Shown piece by piece: positions 43,010 to 55,550 of a DNA stretch of 64,000 bases. Under the pieces are notes generated by a model. That model was not told where the DNA came from. It did no database searches and was given only the letters and a program-made list of their open reading frames with translations. The stretch is from NCBI RefSeq assembly GCF_009914755.1, contig NC_060927.1; one strand, written 5' to 3'. The first letter of the stretch is position 1. Each line of letters begins with the position of its first letter. The DNA comes from the human T2T-CHM13v2.0 reference genome, Homo sapiens. Made by a program: the position numbers and the translations under genes.

Positions 43010-43190
43010 GCTCAATCTGAAACCCTAGTTCTGTCACTTACCACTGCTGTGTGACCTCCTGTTCTACAGCCTACCTCTCTGAGCTTCATCTGAACATTGC
43101 AAATATTGTCACATATCATACAATGCTATTATGACAATTAAGTAAAATAATGATCAGCAAATATTGACAAATCATAGGTGCCTATCTACC
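43010..43190 (+). mobile_element. MIR fragment
   Basis: aaaccctagttctgtcacttacc...gctgtgtgacct...cctctctgagcttcatctg. Confidence 0.7.
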
Positions 43191-43571
43191 TTTTATAATA
43201 AAGCTTAATATTTTTACTAATACTCTCATAGTCAGTGTCCGCTGTAGGTTCAGTGTTGTATCAAATTATTTGTACCTGATCCTTAATTAAATCAAATTGA
43301 AGAAGTTTTAATATAAAAGAATTAAATGCTTAAGTTAGAGTGTTCCAGCCCTGGTTGTCCTCAGCTCACCCTTCAGGCTTAGTTATCTAACAACAGTATT
43401 TGCCTGCTCTAAGATCACCCAGTGTGAATGGAAAAGCCATCTAAGTCTTTTTCATGTAATTATGTACACAGTTGCTGTAGGCCTCAGGGGCCCCATTGGA
43501 CCTCTAATAACGAAGAAGCCTGGAAAGTCTGTGCCTCCCCAGATCACAGCAGTGACAGGCTATGGACTCAC

Positions 43572-43694
43572 CCCAGTAACAGATGGTTTTATTAGTGGCC
43601 ACTGCCAGACACTTGGCTGAGGGCGGGGCACATAGCCATTAGCGTCTGCTCCACTTTGGTGGAATGGTAGCCGTGTGCAAAAGAAAAGCTGGGT
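43572..43694 (-). other. Candidate 123-nt exon in unique sequence
   Basis: Minus strand: tgtctccctcactgtcaattatttttag|ACCCAG...CTGGG|gtgagt; locally GC-richer. Confidence 0.3.
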
Positions 43695-44499
43695 CTAAAA
43701 ATAATTGACAGTGAGGGAGACAATGTACTTTTTATGTCACCCGGGGAGAAAACAAGCTAAAATAAAAATTTTTAAAAATCCTTTCCCTTGGCTCCTGAAA
43801 CAGGAAAGATAAGCTCAAGTAATTGTGATATTTCCATGGAAGAGAAGGTTAGGATGTCTCCTAGTGGGAGAAAAATAAAGAAGGGGACAGAATGTCATAG
43901 GTGCCTAACACTCAGTGAATTTGTGGGAAGAAATTCTGACTCTGGCTACTTGGCAAACAAATTAAAAAATAAAATAAAAAGCTTTTCTCCCACTAATGCC
44001 ACTTCAGATTATAGGCACTCAGTATGACTATCAAATAGCACAGAAGAAGAATGACAGGCGCTATTCTCAATGGCAAACAGAAAATATGATTTTTAACAAA
44101 CAAAAGAATATTAATTCAAGACCTAGCATGTAAAAGCTAATAATTTGCTACAAAGGTAAGTAAAAGAACTTAAGGCATACATTTGAAAGATCTAATAGTC
44201 TAGGGTAATTTTCTCAAATAGAAATGACTATGTGGCAATACTATCATAGCAGAGTCCAGAAAACTCTCAGTTTCTTCTCCCACTTGGCATTTGGATCTCG
44301 ACACTATGAACAGTTGCTTTTCCTGTTTATTTTTTTTGTAATCAAGTTCTGGTAGATTTTCCTGTTTCCTTGGAGCTAAGCCAGAGTCGGAGCATATTAG
44401 AGAACCTCACTGCTGCAGTAACTAATTATCAGTCTTAACTTTGCACTGCTGTGTCACAAGCTACCACACATCTAGCAGCTTAAACCACACACATTTCCT

Positions 44500-46440
44500 A
44501 AATTGTTCTATTAAGACCAGCATTATCCTTATACTAAAACCCAACAAGAACACCACAAGAAAACTACAAATCAATATCTCTCATAAATATAAATGCAAAA
44601 ATCCTCAACAAAATATTGGCAAATCTAATCCAAAAATGCGTAAAAAATTAGACATCACTACCAAGTGGGATTTATCCTAGGTAGGCAAGGCTAGTTCAAA
44701 ATTTGAGAATTATTTAATGTAATTCATCACATCAACAAAAGCTGGAACAACTGGATATCCACATGCAAAAAAAATTTTTTTTTAAAAAGGAATCTACACA
44801 CAGACCCTCAGACCTTACACTTTCACAAAAATAAACTAAAGGTGGATCACAGACATAAATGTAAAATACAGAACTATAAAAATCATGGAAGGTAACACAG
44901 GAACACATCTACATGACATTTGGGTTTGATGATGGCCATTTTGTTGATAAGGAAAATGAGGCTCAAAGAGTGACTTACTCAAGGTGACACATCTAGTTAG
45001 TGCCAGAGCTAGATTTGAACCCAGATCTGGCTGACCAAAAGTCCTTGCTCACAGACACTGAACTCAGTCCACAAGGCACTGGTAACTTGTTGACAGGTAC
45101 ACAGTGGGTGATACAGGACTCTGAGTTCCCACCTCCTGCTTCGGGATCCTTCCCCCTGCCCATACTTAGCTCAGCTGAGTCTCTTGGAGTGGGTGGCATG
45201 ATCCATGCAAGAAAGGCTTGACAAACTGAACTTCATTAAAATTAAGAATTCCTCTCCTTGAAAGACATCGTCAAGAGAAAAATAAGTCAAGACATATTTG
45301 CAAAACACATATCTGATAAAGGACTCTCATCCAAAATATACAAAGAACTATTCAAGCTCAACAATTAGAGAACACAATTTAAAAATGGGCCAAATACCTT
45401 GCCAGACACCTCAGCAAAGAATACATACAAATGACAAATAAGCCAATGAAAAGATTCTTCACATTATATGTCATCAGGAAAATGCAAGTTAAAACAATTG
45501 TGAGATGGATGTCACTACACACATATTAAAATGACCAAAATCCAGAACACTAACAACATGAAACATTGGCTAGGATGTGAAGCAACTGGAACTCTGATTC
45601 ATTGCTAGTGGAAACAAAATCCTAGAGCCACTTTGGAAGACAGTTTGGTGGTTTCTTACAAAACTAAACATATTCTTATTTTATGAGGCAGTAATCACAC
45701 TCCTTGATATCTACCCAAAGGAGTTGAAAAGTTATGTCCACAGAAAATTCTACAAACAACTGTTTAAAGCAGCTTTATTCTTTATTCATAATTGCCCAAA
45801 CTTTGAAGCAACCAAGCTGTTTTTACATAGGTGAATAGATAAATAAACTGTGGTACATCCAGGCAATGGAATATCAGTCAAAGCCAAAAATAATTGAACC
45901 ATCTATTAAGTCATAAAGAGATATGAAGAAACCCTAAATCCATATTATCAAGTGAAACGAGCAAATTTGAAGAGGCCCCATGCTATATGATTTCAACTAT
46001 ATGACAAAATGGAAAAGGAAAAACTATGGAGATAGTGAAAGATCAGTGGTTTCCAGGAATTTGGGGGTAGGAGTGGGGGATGCATAGGCAGAACACAGAG
46101 ATTGTTTAGGGCAGTGAAAATACCCCATATAATGCCATAACCATGGAAATATACCATTATACATTTGTCTAAATATTAGAAGTGTATTCAAACCCATAAA
46201 ATGTACAACACCAACAGTGAACCCTAGTGCTGTAGTGTAAACTATGGACACTGGCAACAATGATGTGTCAATGCAAGTTCATGGATTGTAACAAATGTAC
46301 CTCTCTGGTGGGGGATTTTGATAATGGGGAAGACTATGCGTTAGTTGGGGTATAGGAATATGGGAAATCTCTGTACCTGCCTTTTAATTTTCCTGTGAAC
46401 CAATAACTGCTCTAAAAAATCATCACACAAAAAATAAAAA
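44500..46440 (+). mobile_element. L1MC1/2-like LINE with an internal deletion (about 44740) and a foreign insert (44935-45194)
   Basis: 3' UTR gatcagtggtttccagg...aatgtacaacaccaacagtgaaccctag...gggaaatctctgtacct; ACACACA on both flanks. Confidence 0.85.
44935..45070 (-). mobile_element. MIR fragment inside the L1MC1
   Basis: ccattttgttgataaggaaaatgaggctca...caaggtgacacatctagttagtgccagagctagatttgaacccag. Confidence 0.85.
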
Positions 46441-47016
46441 TACACACAACTCTCTCATGACACAGGTTGTCTGGTTCTTCGGCGCATGGCCTCACTCGGC
46501 TGAAATCAAGATGTCAGCTAGAACTGCTCTCTCCTGGAGGCTCAGGACCCTTTTCGAAGTTCACTGGTTTTAGCATCATTCAAATCCAGAGGTCTGTACG
46601 ACTGAAGTCTTTGTGCTTTTTGTATCTCTAGACGCGGGACCACACTCAACTCCTAGAGACATCCTTGGGTCCTTACCATTGGTCCCCTTTTCTCACAGCA
46701 TGGAAGCTTGCTTCTTCAAGGATAGCAGGGGAAGCGTCTGCTGCAGTTTCTTGTCTCTTCAATTGGCTCATCTAATTAGGTCAGTCCCACCAGGATAATC
46801 TCCTTTTTGATTAACTCAGCGTCAACTAATTAGAAACCTTATTTATATCTGTAAAATTTTTTCATCTATGCCACATAATGTAATCTAAGCAGGGATGTGA
46901 CAGCTCATCATAGTCACAGGTATCCCAGCCACTCAAAGAAGGGGGAGCTGATCATATAAACCATGCACATCAGAGAGTGAGAATCTTGGGGGCTACTTTA
47001 GAATTCTCAGTGATAC

Positions 47017-49715
47017 TTTATTTTATAAAGTAAAATTTGCATAAGATTAACAATTTTAAAATGTACAATTCAGTAGCATTTACTAAATTCACAATGTTGT
47101 GCAATAATAACGTCTACATAGTTAAAAAATATTTTCATCCTCAAAAGAAAATCCCATGCCCAGTAAGCAGACACTCTCCATTACCTCTCCCTTTGGCCTC
47201 TGACAAACATTAATCTGCTTTACAGGTCTATGGATTCACCTATCCTGAATATTCCATATAAGCGGAACTATACAGTACGTGACCTTTTGTGTCTGACGTA
47301 ATTCACTTAGCATGTTTTCAAGGTTCATCCACACTGTAGCATGTACTTGATTTTCATTCATTTTTGTGGCAGAAACATACTCTGCTGCATGGATGCACCA
47401 CCATTTATTTACCTATTAAGCAGTTGATGGATGTTGTTTCCACCTTTTGGCAGTTGGGAATAGTGCTGCTATAAATATTCCCATACATGTTTTTTGGAAT
47501 GCTTGTTTTCTTTTGGGGATCTACCTAAGAGTGGAATTGCCAAGTCATATGGTAACTGCCCAACTATTTTCCACAGTGACTGCACCATTTTATATTCCCA
47601 CCAGCAATGTGTAAGCGTTCCAGTTTCTCTACATCCTCATTAACACTTGTTTTGTAAATTATAGGCATCCTAGTGGGTATGGAGTATTTGTGGTTTCCGT
47701 CTTCATTTGTATTTACCTAAAAACTATTGGTATTAAGTATATTTTCACGTGATTTTTGACTTTTCATATTGTGGCCATTTATATATCTTCTTTGGAGGAA
47801 AGGCTATTCAAGTCTGTTGTTTATTTTTCAATTGGATTGTTTTTCCTTTTGTCATCGAGTTCTAAGAGTCCTTTTCATATTCTGAGTATTAGACCTTAAC
47901 AGGCATTTGATTCCAGATACTTTCTCCCTTTCTGTAGGTTGTATTTCACTTATTTATAATACATGCAAATTTGAATTTTGAAGTCCATTTTATATATTTT
48001 TTCTTGTTACTTTTACTTTTGAAACGATATGTAAAAATTCATTGCCATATCTAAGACAATGAAGATTTTCCTCTATGTTTTCTTCTAAGAGTTTTATAAC
48101 TTTAGAATGCACATAGAGGCCTTTGATCCATTTTGAGTTAAATTTTGAATAATGTGTGAGATAGGAATCCAATTCATTTTTTCGCATGTAGATACCCAGT
48201 TGTCTCAGAAATATTGGTTGAAAAGACCATTATTTCCAAAGATTATTCTTTATTCTTGTTAAAAATCAGCCAAAGATTTATGGATTTATTTCTGGACTAT
48301 CACTTCTAATCTAATTATCTCTATGCCTAGCCTATGGCAGTACCATACTGCTTTGATTTTTATAGCTTTGTAGTAAGTTTTGAAACTAGAATGTATGAAA
48401 TATTCAACTTTATTTTCCCTTTTCAAGATTGTTTTGACTATTTTGAATGCCTTACAATTTCACATAAATTATAAGATCTATGTGTTCATTTACACAAAAA
48501 ATGTTTATTGGGCTTTTGATAGGGATGGCATTGAATCTTTAGATTGCCTTGGGTAGTAGTACCAACCTTAGCAATATTAAATCTATCCAATCCATTAACA
48601 TGGAATTTCCTTTCATTTACTTAAGTCTTCTTTAAATTTTAGCAATGTTGTAGTTTTCAGAGTTTTCAGAATAAAAGTTGAACATCTAGTAGGTTAATTT
48701 TTTTTCCTAAAAGCTGGTCATACTGGCACAAGCCTGTAGTCTCAGCCACTACGGAGGCTAAGGCAGGAGCATTGCTTGAATCAAGGAATTTAAGGCCAGC
48801 TCAGGCAACAGAGTGAGACCTTGCTATTTTTTATTTAATTATTCTATTAAAAAACAATTTATTTCCAAGTGTTTTTATTCTATTGTAAGTGGAATTGCTT
48901 TTCTAAGTTCCTCTTTGAATTGTTCAATTATTGCTGGTGTATAAAAATACAGTTGTCTTTTGTTTGTTGATCTTGTTTATTGGCTCTAAGAGTTTTTTTG
49001 TGGATTCCTTAAGATTTTCTACATAAAATATTATGTTATCTGCACATAGTTTCGCTTCTTTTTCAATTTGTATACTTTTGTTTCTTTTTCTTGCCTAATT
49101 GCTATGTCTAGAACTTCCAGTAGCAGCAACCTTTTTGTTCCTGATTTTAGGAAGAAAGCTCTTACTCTTTCACCATTAAGTGTACTATTTATTAGCTGTG
49201 AGTTTTTCTTAAATGCCCTTTACCATATTGAAAAAGTCTCCTTTTATTCTTAATTTGAATTTTGTTTTGTCAAGTAATTTTTCTGCATCAATTTAGATGG
49301 CCATGTATTTTTCCCTTCATTCTATTAATATTCTTTATTACATTGATTCATTGATTTCATATGTTGAATCACTCTTACATTTCTGGAATAAATCCTACTT
49401 GGTCCTGATTATAATCCTCTAAATAAGCTGTTGGATTTGGTTTACTAGTACTTTCTTGAGGATTTTTGTGTGTGTCAGTATTCATTAGACATATTAGTCT
49501 ATAGTTTTCTTTTGATGTCTTTATCTGGTTTTGATATCAGGGTAATACTGGACCCATAGAATGAGTTAGGAAGTGTTAGCTCCTCTGCCATGTTTGAAGA
49601 GTTTTGGGAAGATAAGTGTTAATTATTCTTTTAAGTGTTTGGTAAAATTCATCAGTGAAAACATCTGGTCTTGAGCTTGGCTTGTTGGAGATGTTTGATT
49701 AACAAGTCAATCTCT
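47017..49715 (-). mobile_element. L1MB-type LINE (3' about 2.6 kb)
   Basis: ttttaaaatgtacaattcagtagcattt...ttcacaatgttgtgcaa; ORF2 remnant MRKNELDSYLTHYSKFNSKWIK. Confidence 0.9.
48712..48824 (+). mobile_element. FLAM / free Alu monomer
   Basis: ggcacaagcctgtagtctcagc...ggaggctaaggcaggag...ggcaacagagtgagacc. Confidence 0.8.
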
Positions 49716-50899
49716 TTATCTTTTTATCTATCTATTTTTAATTGTAAACTTCCAGTTTATGTAACCAGAACTTAGATGAGGCACTGTTACCTTTTTCTCT
49801 CTGGCCAAAACGTTCACATTCTTAATCTACTGTAGCAGAGCCATTACTTTATTTAATAGGAAAACTACAAAGGAATAAAATGGGAGCTAAACTCACGCAG
49901 CTGATATGGCTTAGGGAACTACTGCAGCCCCTGGGTGCCCACAGAAACATCTTGGCTTCCAGCTGAAAACTCATAATGCTCTGAGGCTGGGATTTTCAGT
50001 GAGAATCTCTATATTTAGAGTGCCCGTCCTGACCAATTTGGGTTTCAGGATGCTCAGTGATTACTTACTCTCTGTCTGTGTAATACCATCTGTTTTGTAT
50101 ATTCCAGAAATTACTGAAGCTTTCTGGCCCATTGATTGTTTTTTCCCGTTTCTAATGAAGCCATGGGTGTTTTTTCCTGCTGTATTAAAACATAAACAAT
50201 TCATAAATGGCACCATTTCACAAAATGGACAGAATACAGTTTTCAACTTTTATAGGAGACGGGGCAGATTTCTTAAACTACATCTCACAGTGGACAATAA
50301 CAGACTACAGAAATGCCTAAAATCTATACATTTCCATAAAGATGGAGACATTTTGCATAAAATCTAATTAATGGCTCATCAAATTAATGTACATTAGCTA
50401 ATGTAGATTGCAATTCCAATATTATCTAAGATCTTACACTTGTGAATAATTTAGTATATATTTAAATGCTGTTTCCAAAAAAAGTGGGGAATAAGTAAAG
50501 CTTACAGCTTTAATCATGATCATGGGGTAATTTCTTTGATAAATCCAAATATCAAATGGATTTAATATTACCCTTTTGGAGAGGATTTTTCATTGTTTCC
50601 AAAACAACTTGTTTTTTCTTTAAGACCCCTGAAAGAGAAGGCTATGAGTGCCTTCAAAAGCATAGAATAAAGCACTGTGTAAGTAACAGACATCTCCAAG
50701 TAAATAATACACTTGAACCAGTACCTTATCTTGCAGAAAAGAAATTTCATTTTCAGAATGGATCTACATTGATTTAAAAAAAAATAGCATCTGCAATGTA
50801 AACTATATGTGCATATGTGGCAGGCAGGGCACTTCAGACAGGCCAACTGTATAAGATGATGATTTTCTTACCCTGGACGTAGAAATACACTCAATAGAA

Positions 50900-51065
50900 C
50901 ACTTGTCCTGGTAGTACAATCTCACTATCTGTGTGAACTTGGCAGTTAGTCTCTGAGCCTTTGTCTTTGACTCTTAAATATAAGCATAAAAATGCTTACC
51001 TGTCCACCTGTCTGCCTGTCTAACTGGGCAGGTTAATAACAAAGTGTTTGTGAAATGCTTAGAAA
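50900..51065 (+). mobile_element. MIR fragment
   Basis: ctgtgtgaacttggcagttagtctctgagcct...tgtgaaatgcttag. Confidence 0.55.
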
Positions 51066-51084
51066 GCTACCAGGCCTAAACAGA

Positions 51085-51542
51085 TGTAAGTGCTCAAGGT
51101 TTTGCGTGCAAGTGATTGGGCAAATGCTCCCAGGAGGAACAAGGAAAGATGTTGGGAAGTAGGACAAGGAATGGGGAGAAGAGAAGAACGAGTGGAAATT
51201 TGGATAAATTCCAAGTCTCAGGCTGATCCTTCAGGGAATTTTGGGATTTTAATTATGTTAAGAGTTTGTCTAACTTCAAGGCAAGATGGCTGCAAGTTAT
51301 TGTTACCCCTCCCCGCCACCTGACACCCAGGGGTTTGGGAGGGAGTTATATAAGCCTCCCAGGCATTTCCAGCTCTCTGTATCTGTCAGTAAAGCAGCTC
51401 CAGGAACCTAAGGGTAGTCATCACAGAGAGTGGCAGGTATAGGTGGCACCTTAGAATCAAAGCACAAAAGATAAAGGAAGGAAAACTGGTGTGCCCAAAA
51501 TGAGAAGACAGCATTTGGGTGGAATGACAAGAGTGTTCACTA
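51085..51542 (-). mobile_element. ERVL LTR (LTR16/LTR33-like)
   Basis: gcgtgcaagtgattggg...gctcccaggagg...gaagtaggacaaggaatggga...ctgatcc...aagcctcccaggcatttccagctct. Confidence 0.55.
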
Positions 51543-52819
51543 TTATCATCTTCCTTAAAATTTCATTTTCTTTCCAGATTTGTATTTTTTACATAGTTTT
51601 CTAGAAAATCATCTGGACACCATGTTTTCTTCTGTATAGGAGTCACTGATATTTAAAATCAAAGTTTTAAATAACTGCAAACTAATATGATTGTATAACT
51701 AAGCCTAAATATTCTGTAATAAAATATTATTTCAAAATGTTTCACATTTCAGCTTAATTTTACAGTGAAAAAATATATTTTCTTTAAAATTACATAGAAT
51801 AGACATGAAAACTGGATGAAATATCCATATTTGTAATAGGACATAAAAGCTATATATATCATCCCTGTCATAATTCAAATGAAATGTAACTTCTCAAGAC
51901 AGCACATCAAGGAACAAAAGCATTTTTCTCAGTCTTCATCATTGTTTAGGCTTCCTTAAATGTGGCAAATCTAAGTACTTACTGAATATCTCCATATGAG
52001 ATATAATTTTCAAGGAACCATTTGTTCCAAGTATCTTGGAAAGCAAACTGGTGGATGAGGAAAATGCTTTCACAGGTTCCCATGGGATAATTAATCATTG
52101 CTCATTTTGGAACTGCATTCAATGTCTGTGGCGCTGTCACTTGCAAATAAGAAATTGTGTATTCTTCAAACTTTAATAGGAACATTGTAAAATTCTGTAG
52201 TTTCATATCATGTTTACACAATGAAGAAACCTTTGCTGGGAAATTATCTCAACTCATCCAAAACCAAAGTTAAAGGATTTTATAGAGGTGTAAATTATTT
52301 CAGTTGAGAAATCAGTGCTGCCACAAGGAAAAATAAAAGTGTGTAAATTTCTTGTGCATATGTTTTATCCACAAGAAAACTATTTGGGCACAAGTATGAT
52401 GAAATGAAAACATATTTTATGTGGTTGTTTTAGTAAAAAGAACAGTATTTTTATATCACATTCTTTTTGTTCACAATTATTGCCCTTTATAAATTTTGTT
52501 TTCTTATATGATAAAAAGTAAGTGCCATCTAGAATTGAAAAGGCTAAATATATCTCTATTTACAAGTTGTAATTAAAATGAACAGGTGTGGTGGTAGCAG
52601 TTACCAGTGGACAGAAACGTTTTCAAGAAATTAATCACGTGAAAAATTGAGTAAATATCACAAGGAAGTGCCTTGACTTCTCCAGGGCATGCAGAATTCC
52701 TATGAACAAGAGATGATTCAAAAGCAGAGGGAGTGATATTTCTTTTTCATTTGTCAAGCCTTGCCTAAGGAGAAAGTTCCTCCCTCCCCCAGAGTGTGCA
52801 GAAAGTACATTTATGCAAG

Positions 52820-53030
52820 AAAACAAGGGTTTGAATCCTTCCTTCTACTTAAGAGCTATTTACCTCTGGGCAATTCATTTTAGTCTCTGTTGTCCTCAGA
52901 TTCTGTATTATTTACCTAATTTAAACAGTTTTTAATTTTTACTTACATTATTTACTTAATTTTACAGATGAAGACACTAAATGTCAGAGAGGTTAAGTAA
53001 TTGTTCAAGATCACAAATAATGAAGGTTAG
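52820..53030. mobile_element. Two MIR fragments in opposite orientation
   Basis: gggtttgaatcct...ctgggcaattc (+) and ttttacagatgaagacactaa...agaggttaagtaattgttcaagatcac (-). Confidence 0.65.
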
Positions 53031-54510
53031 TTCAAAGGCTATTTAATATGTTGTTTCTACTGTTTTCCCTTATATACTTTATCCAAGAAAGAACGTTGCT
53101 TGGAAAATCAATTTTAAAAATGAAAATTTAACCATGATCATTATTTCTTATGACTAGAAAAGCATTCAAATATCCTTGCCCTGGGCAGAAGCAAGATTGA
53201 TTCCTATTGAACCCTGGAGGTGGGGTGGAAAAGAACCAACCTGATAATGGTGAGAGGGGCTTATACCACTAAGTGGGTTTCCGCTTTCAAACTATTAAGG
53301 AAAGTGACTCTAATTACCGGCTTTTTGCTGCTGGGACCATCTCCTCCCATTTGTATGAATGGTGTGAGAAAACAGTACTAGATGCAGTTAATTTAAGAGA
53401 AGGTTGTCTGTTGTATAGCATTGAAAAACTGGGTGATCTATTTAAATTAGATTAATTCAAATTAGGGTAGTGAGAGAGAATATATATGTGTAAATAGTGT
53501 GTAGATTTCTTGTAAATGTGGGTGTTTAGTGTGGAAATAGGTTGTAAATCTGGGTGCTTAGGTATAGAAACAAGTCAATTGCAGTTTTCACCATGTGGAC
53601 TCATAAATTAGGCTCTAAAAATGAATGCTGTTTATCCTCAACGATTCATAGTCATATAAAACAAATGCATAAGTGAATCATGTCCATTCAATCCAATTCA
53701 AGTCTAACACTTCCCTTGTGATTTAGGAGAAAGAACAAAAGACCACTCTACTTAAGATTCAGAGATTTGGCTCTGACCATATGACCTTTACCTGTAGCTC
53801 TTCTGAGGACCAATTTTGTCATTTGTGAAATAAAAAAGCAGAGCAGTCTTTGATCATCCACCTCTGACATTCGGGTTTCTCCTTATCCTGTCCTAATTTT
53901 CCTCAGAGTTGCCAAGAGTATAGCAACACTGACAAGACTGGATTTCACTATTTCCTCTCCTGTCCATCAAGTAGAGATGCTAGTGAGCAGTGAAACGGTC
54001 ATAATGCAATCCTAGTGAAAGAATGGGAAACTGCTTGGAGCTTCGAGCATGGGATCTCATAGAAAATGAACCATTTTTCCCTGGATAATTAGCACTTGGC
54101 CAAAATGACTGCTTCATGTCCCTTCTACTTACCTGCAATAGACTACAAGATGGCAATCTGGGAGAGGTCACTTTCAGAGTGCTTTGGATACTGTAAAAAT
54201 ACAATGTCTATAAAAGGATATTTGAATAAACAGCCAGGCATACAGCCTTGTTCTCATTTGCTCTGGGAAATTCATATGCATGTTAGCTAAACAGCAAAGC
54301 AGGCTTATTTGTCTGGTATTCAAGTGGTGCTTGCCTGCGGGACTACCTGCCTTCTTCCTTTCTCCCCCTCTCTTTCACTTCTGCATTCCTTCTTTCCTTT
54401 CTTTTTTTTTTTAAATTTCTTATTTTTTTTTTTTGTGAGGGGGCAGGGGGAGGTTATACCAATCTAAACTCTTTTTGCATTTGGTACCTGAAAAAAGAAT
54501 GAATGCTCAT

Positions 54511-54717
54511 GGGTTCACGCCATTCTACTGCCTCAGTCTCCCGAGCAGCTGGGACTACAGGCGCCTGTCACCACGCCCGACTAATTTGTTGTTATTTTTA
54601 GTAGAGACGGGGTTTCACCGTGTGAGCCAGGATGGTCTCGATCTCCTGACCTCGTGATGCACCCACCTCGGCCTCCCAGAGTGCTGGGATTACAGGCGTG
54701 AGCCACCGCGCCTGGCC
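54511..54717 (-). mobile_element. AluY missing about 75 bp at its 3' end
   Basis: gggttcacgccattct...ttcaccgtg...gccaggatggtctcgatctcctgacctcgtgat...gagccaccgcgcctggcc. Confidence 0.92.
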
Positions 54718-55289
54718 AATAGAGCTCGTTTTATAGTTAATTGGGGTCACAGAACATGTATACGTGAAACCAGTGCAATTTTTATATAAAGAAATAGAGT
54801 AGAATGTCATTCTAGAACTTCTTCCTTAAAACTACACAGACCTAATTTTTTGGGAGATTTTGTTGCCAGTACAAGAAAACATATGTTATATAGTAATAAA
54901 ATTTAGTTTTCAAATAAATTCATAAAAAGTTGTATCTCCTTCTGTTACTGGTTTACAAACTACCCTAGTCAGAAAACTCACTTGTGGCTCCCGCTAAGAA
55001 TACAAACTCCTGAACCTTCTTGACCTGGGAGAAGACTCTCAAAGAGTGAAACTTCAGACTTTGTGAATCAAAAAAACAAAGCAAAGCAAAACATTAGCAG
55101 TAATTCTTATAACCAGAGCCAAGTTTGGAAAACACATATTTATCTCCAAACAGAAATTTCATTGCCCATGGGGGCTTTTTCTGAAGTGAATGCCAACTTC
55201 CCTCTTATTTTTCTGATTTGAATCCAGTTCATTTCATATTTCACACTATTATGGGAAACCAGAAGAGAGAAAGAAGGAGGAAATGAATT

Positions 55290-55550
55290 TAGAACAGTGC
55301 CATCCAGTAAAAATATAATGTGAATCAGATGTGTAATTTTCAATCTTCTAAAAGTTGAAATTAGAAAAGAATAGCTAAAATTAAGTTTAATAGTATACTT
55401 TATATAAACTAAAATATCCAAATCATTATTGAGATATTTTGCATTTTTTATAAGCAAAGTCTGAGAAATCTGATTTACATCTAGAGCATATCTCTATTTC
55501 AACTTGCTATTTTTCAAGTGTTTTAATACTACCACAGCCAGTGCAGATTT
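55290..55550. mobile_element. MER33-like hAT-Charlie element
   Basis: cagtgccatccagtaaaaatataatgtga...aaaatatccaaa...gagatattttgcatt...ttcaagtg. Confidence 0.7.

Larger units (their letters stand above)
44425..47008 (-). mobile_element. MLT1E-like LTR split by an L1MC1 insertion (parts about 44425-44497 and 46441-47008)
   Basis: ctaccacacatctagcagcttaaac...; ggctgaaatcaagatgtcagc...ttaggtcagtcccaccaggataatctc...gaatcttggggg...ttagaattct. Confidence 0.8.

Noticed and set aside
44008-44155. Plus-strand exon-like segment (ttcag|...AAG|gtaagt)
   Set aside because: Stops in the frames examined and no supporting neighbouring exons; probably a pseudo-exon
49999-50367. 122-aa plus-strand ORF
   Set aside because: GTG start, composition typical of random AT-rich DNA, no homology recognised
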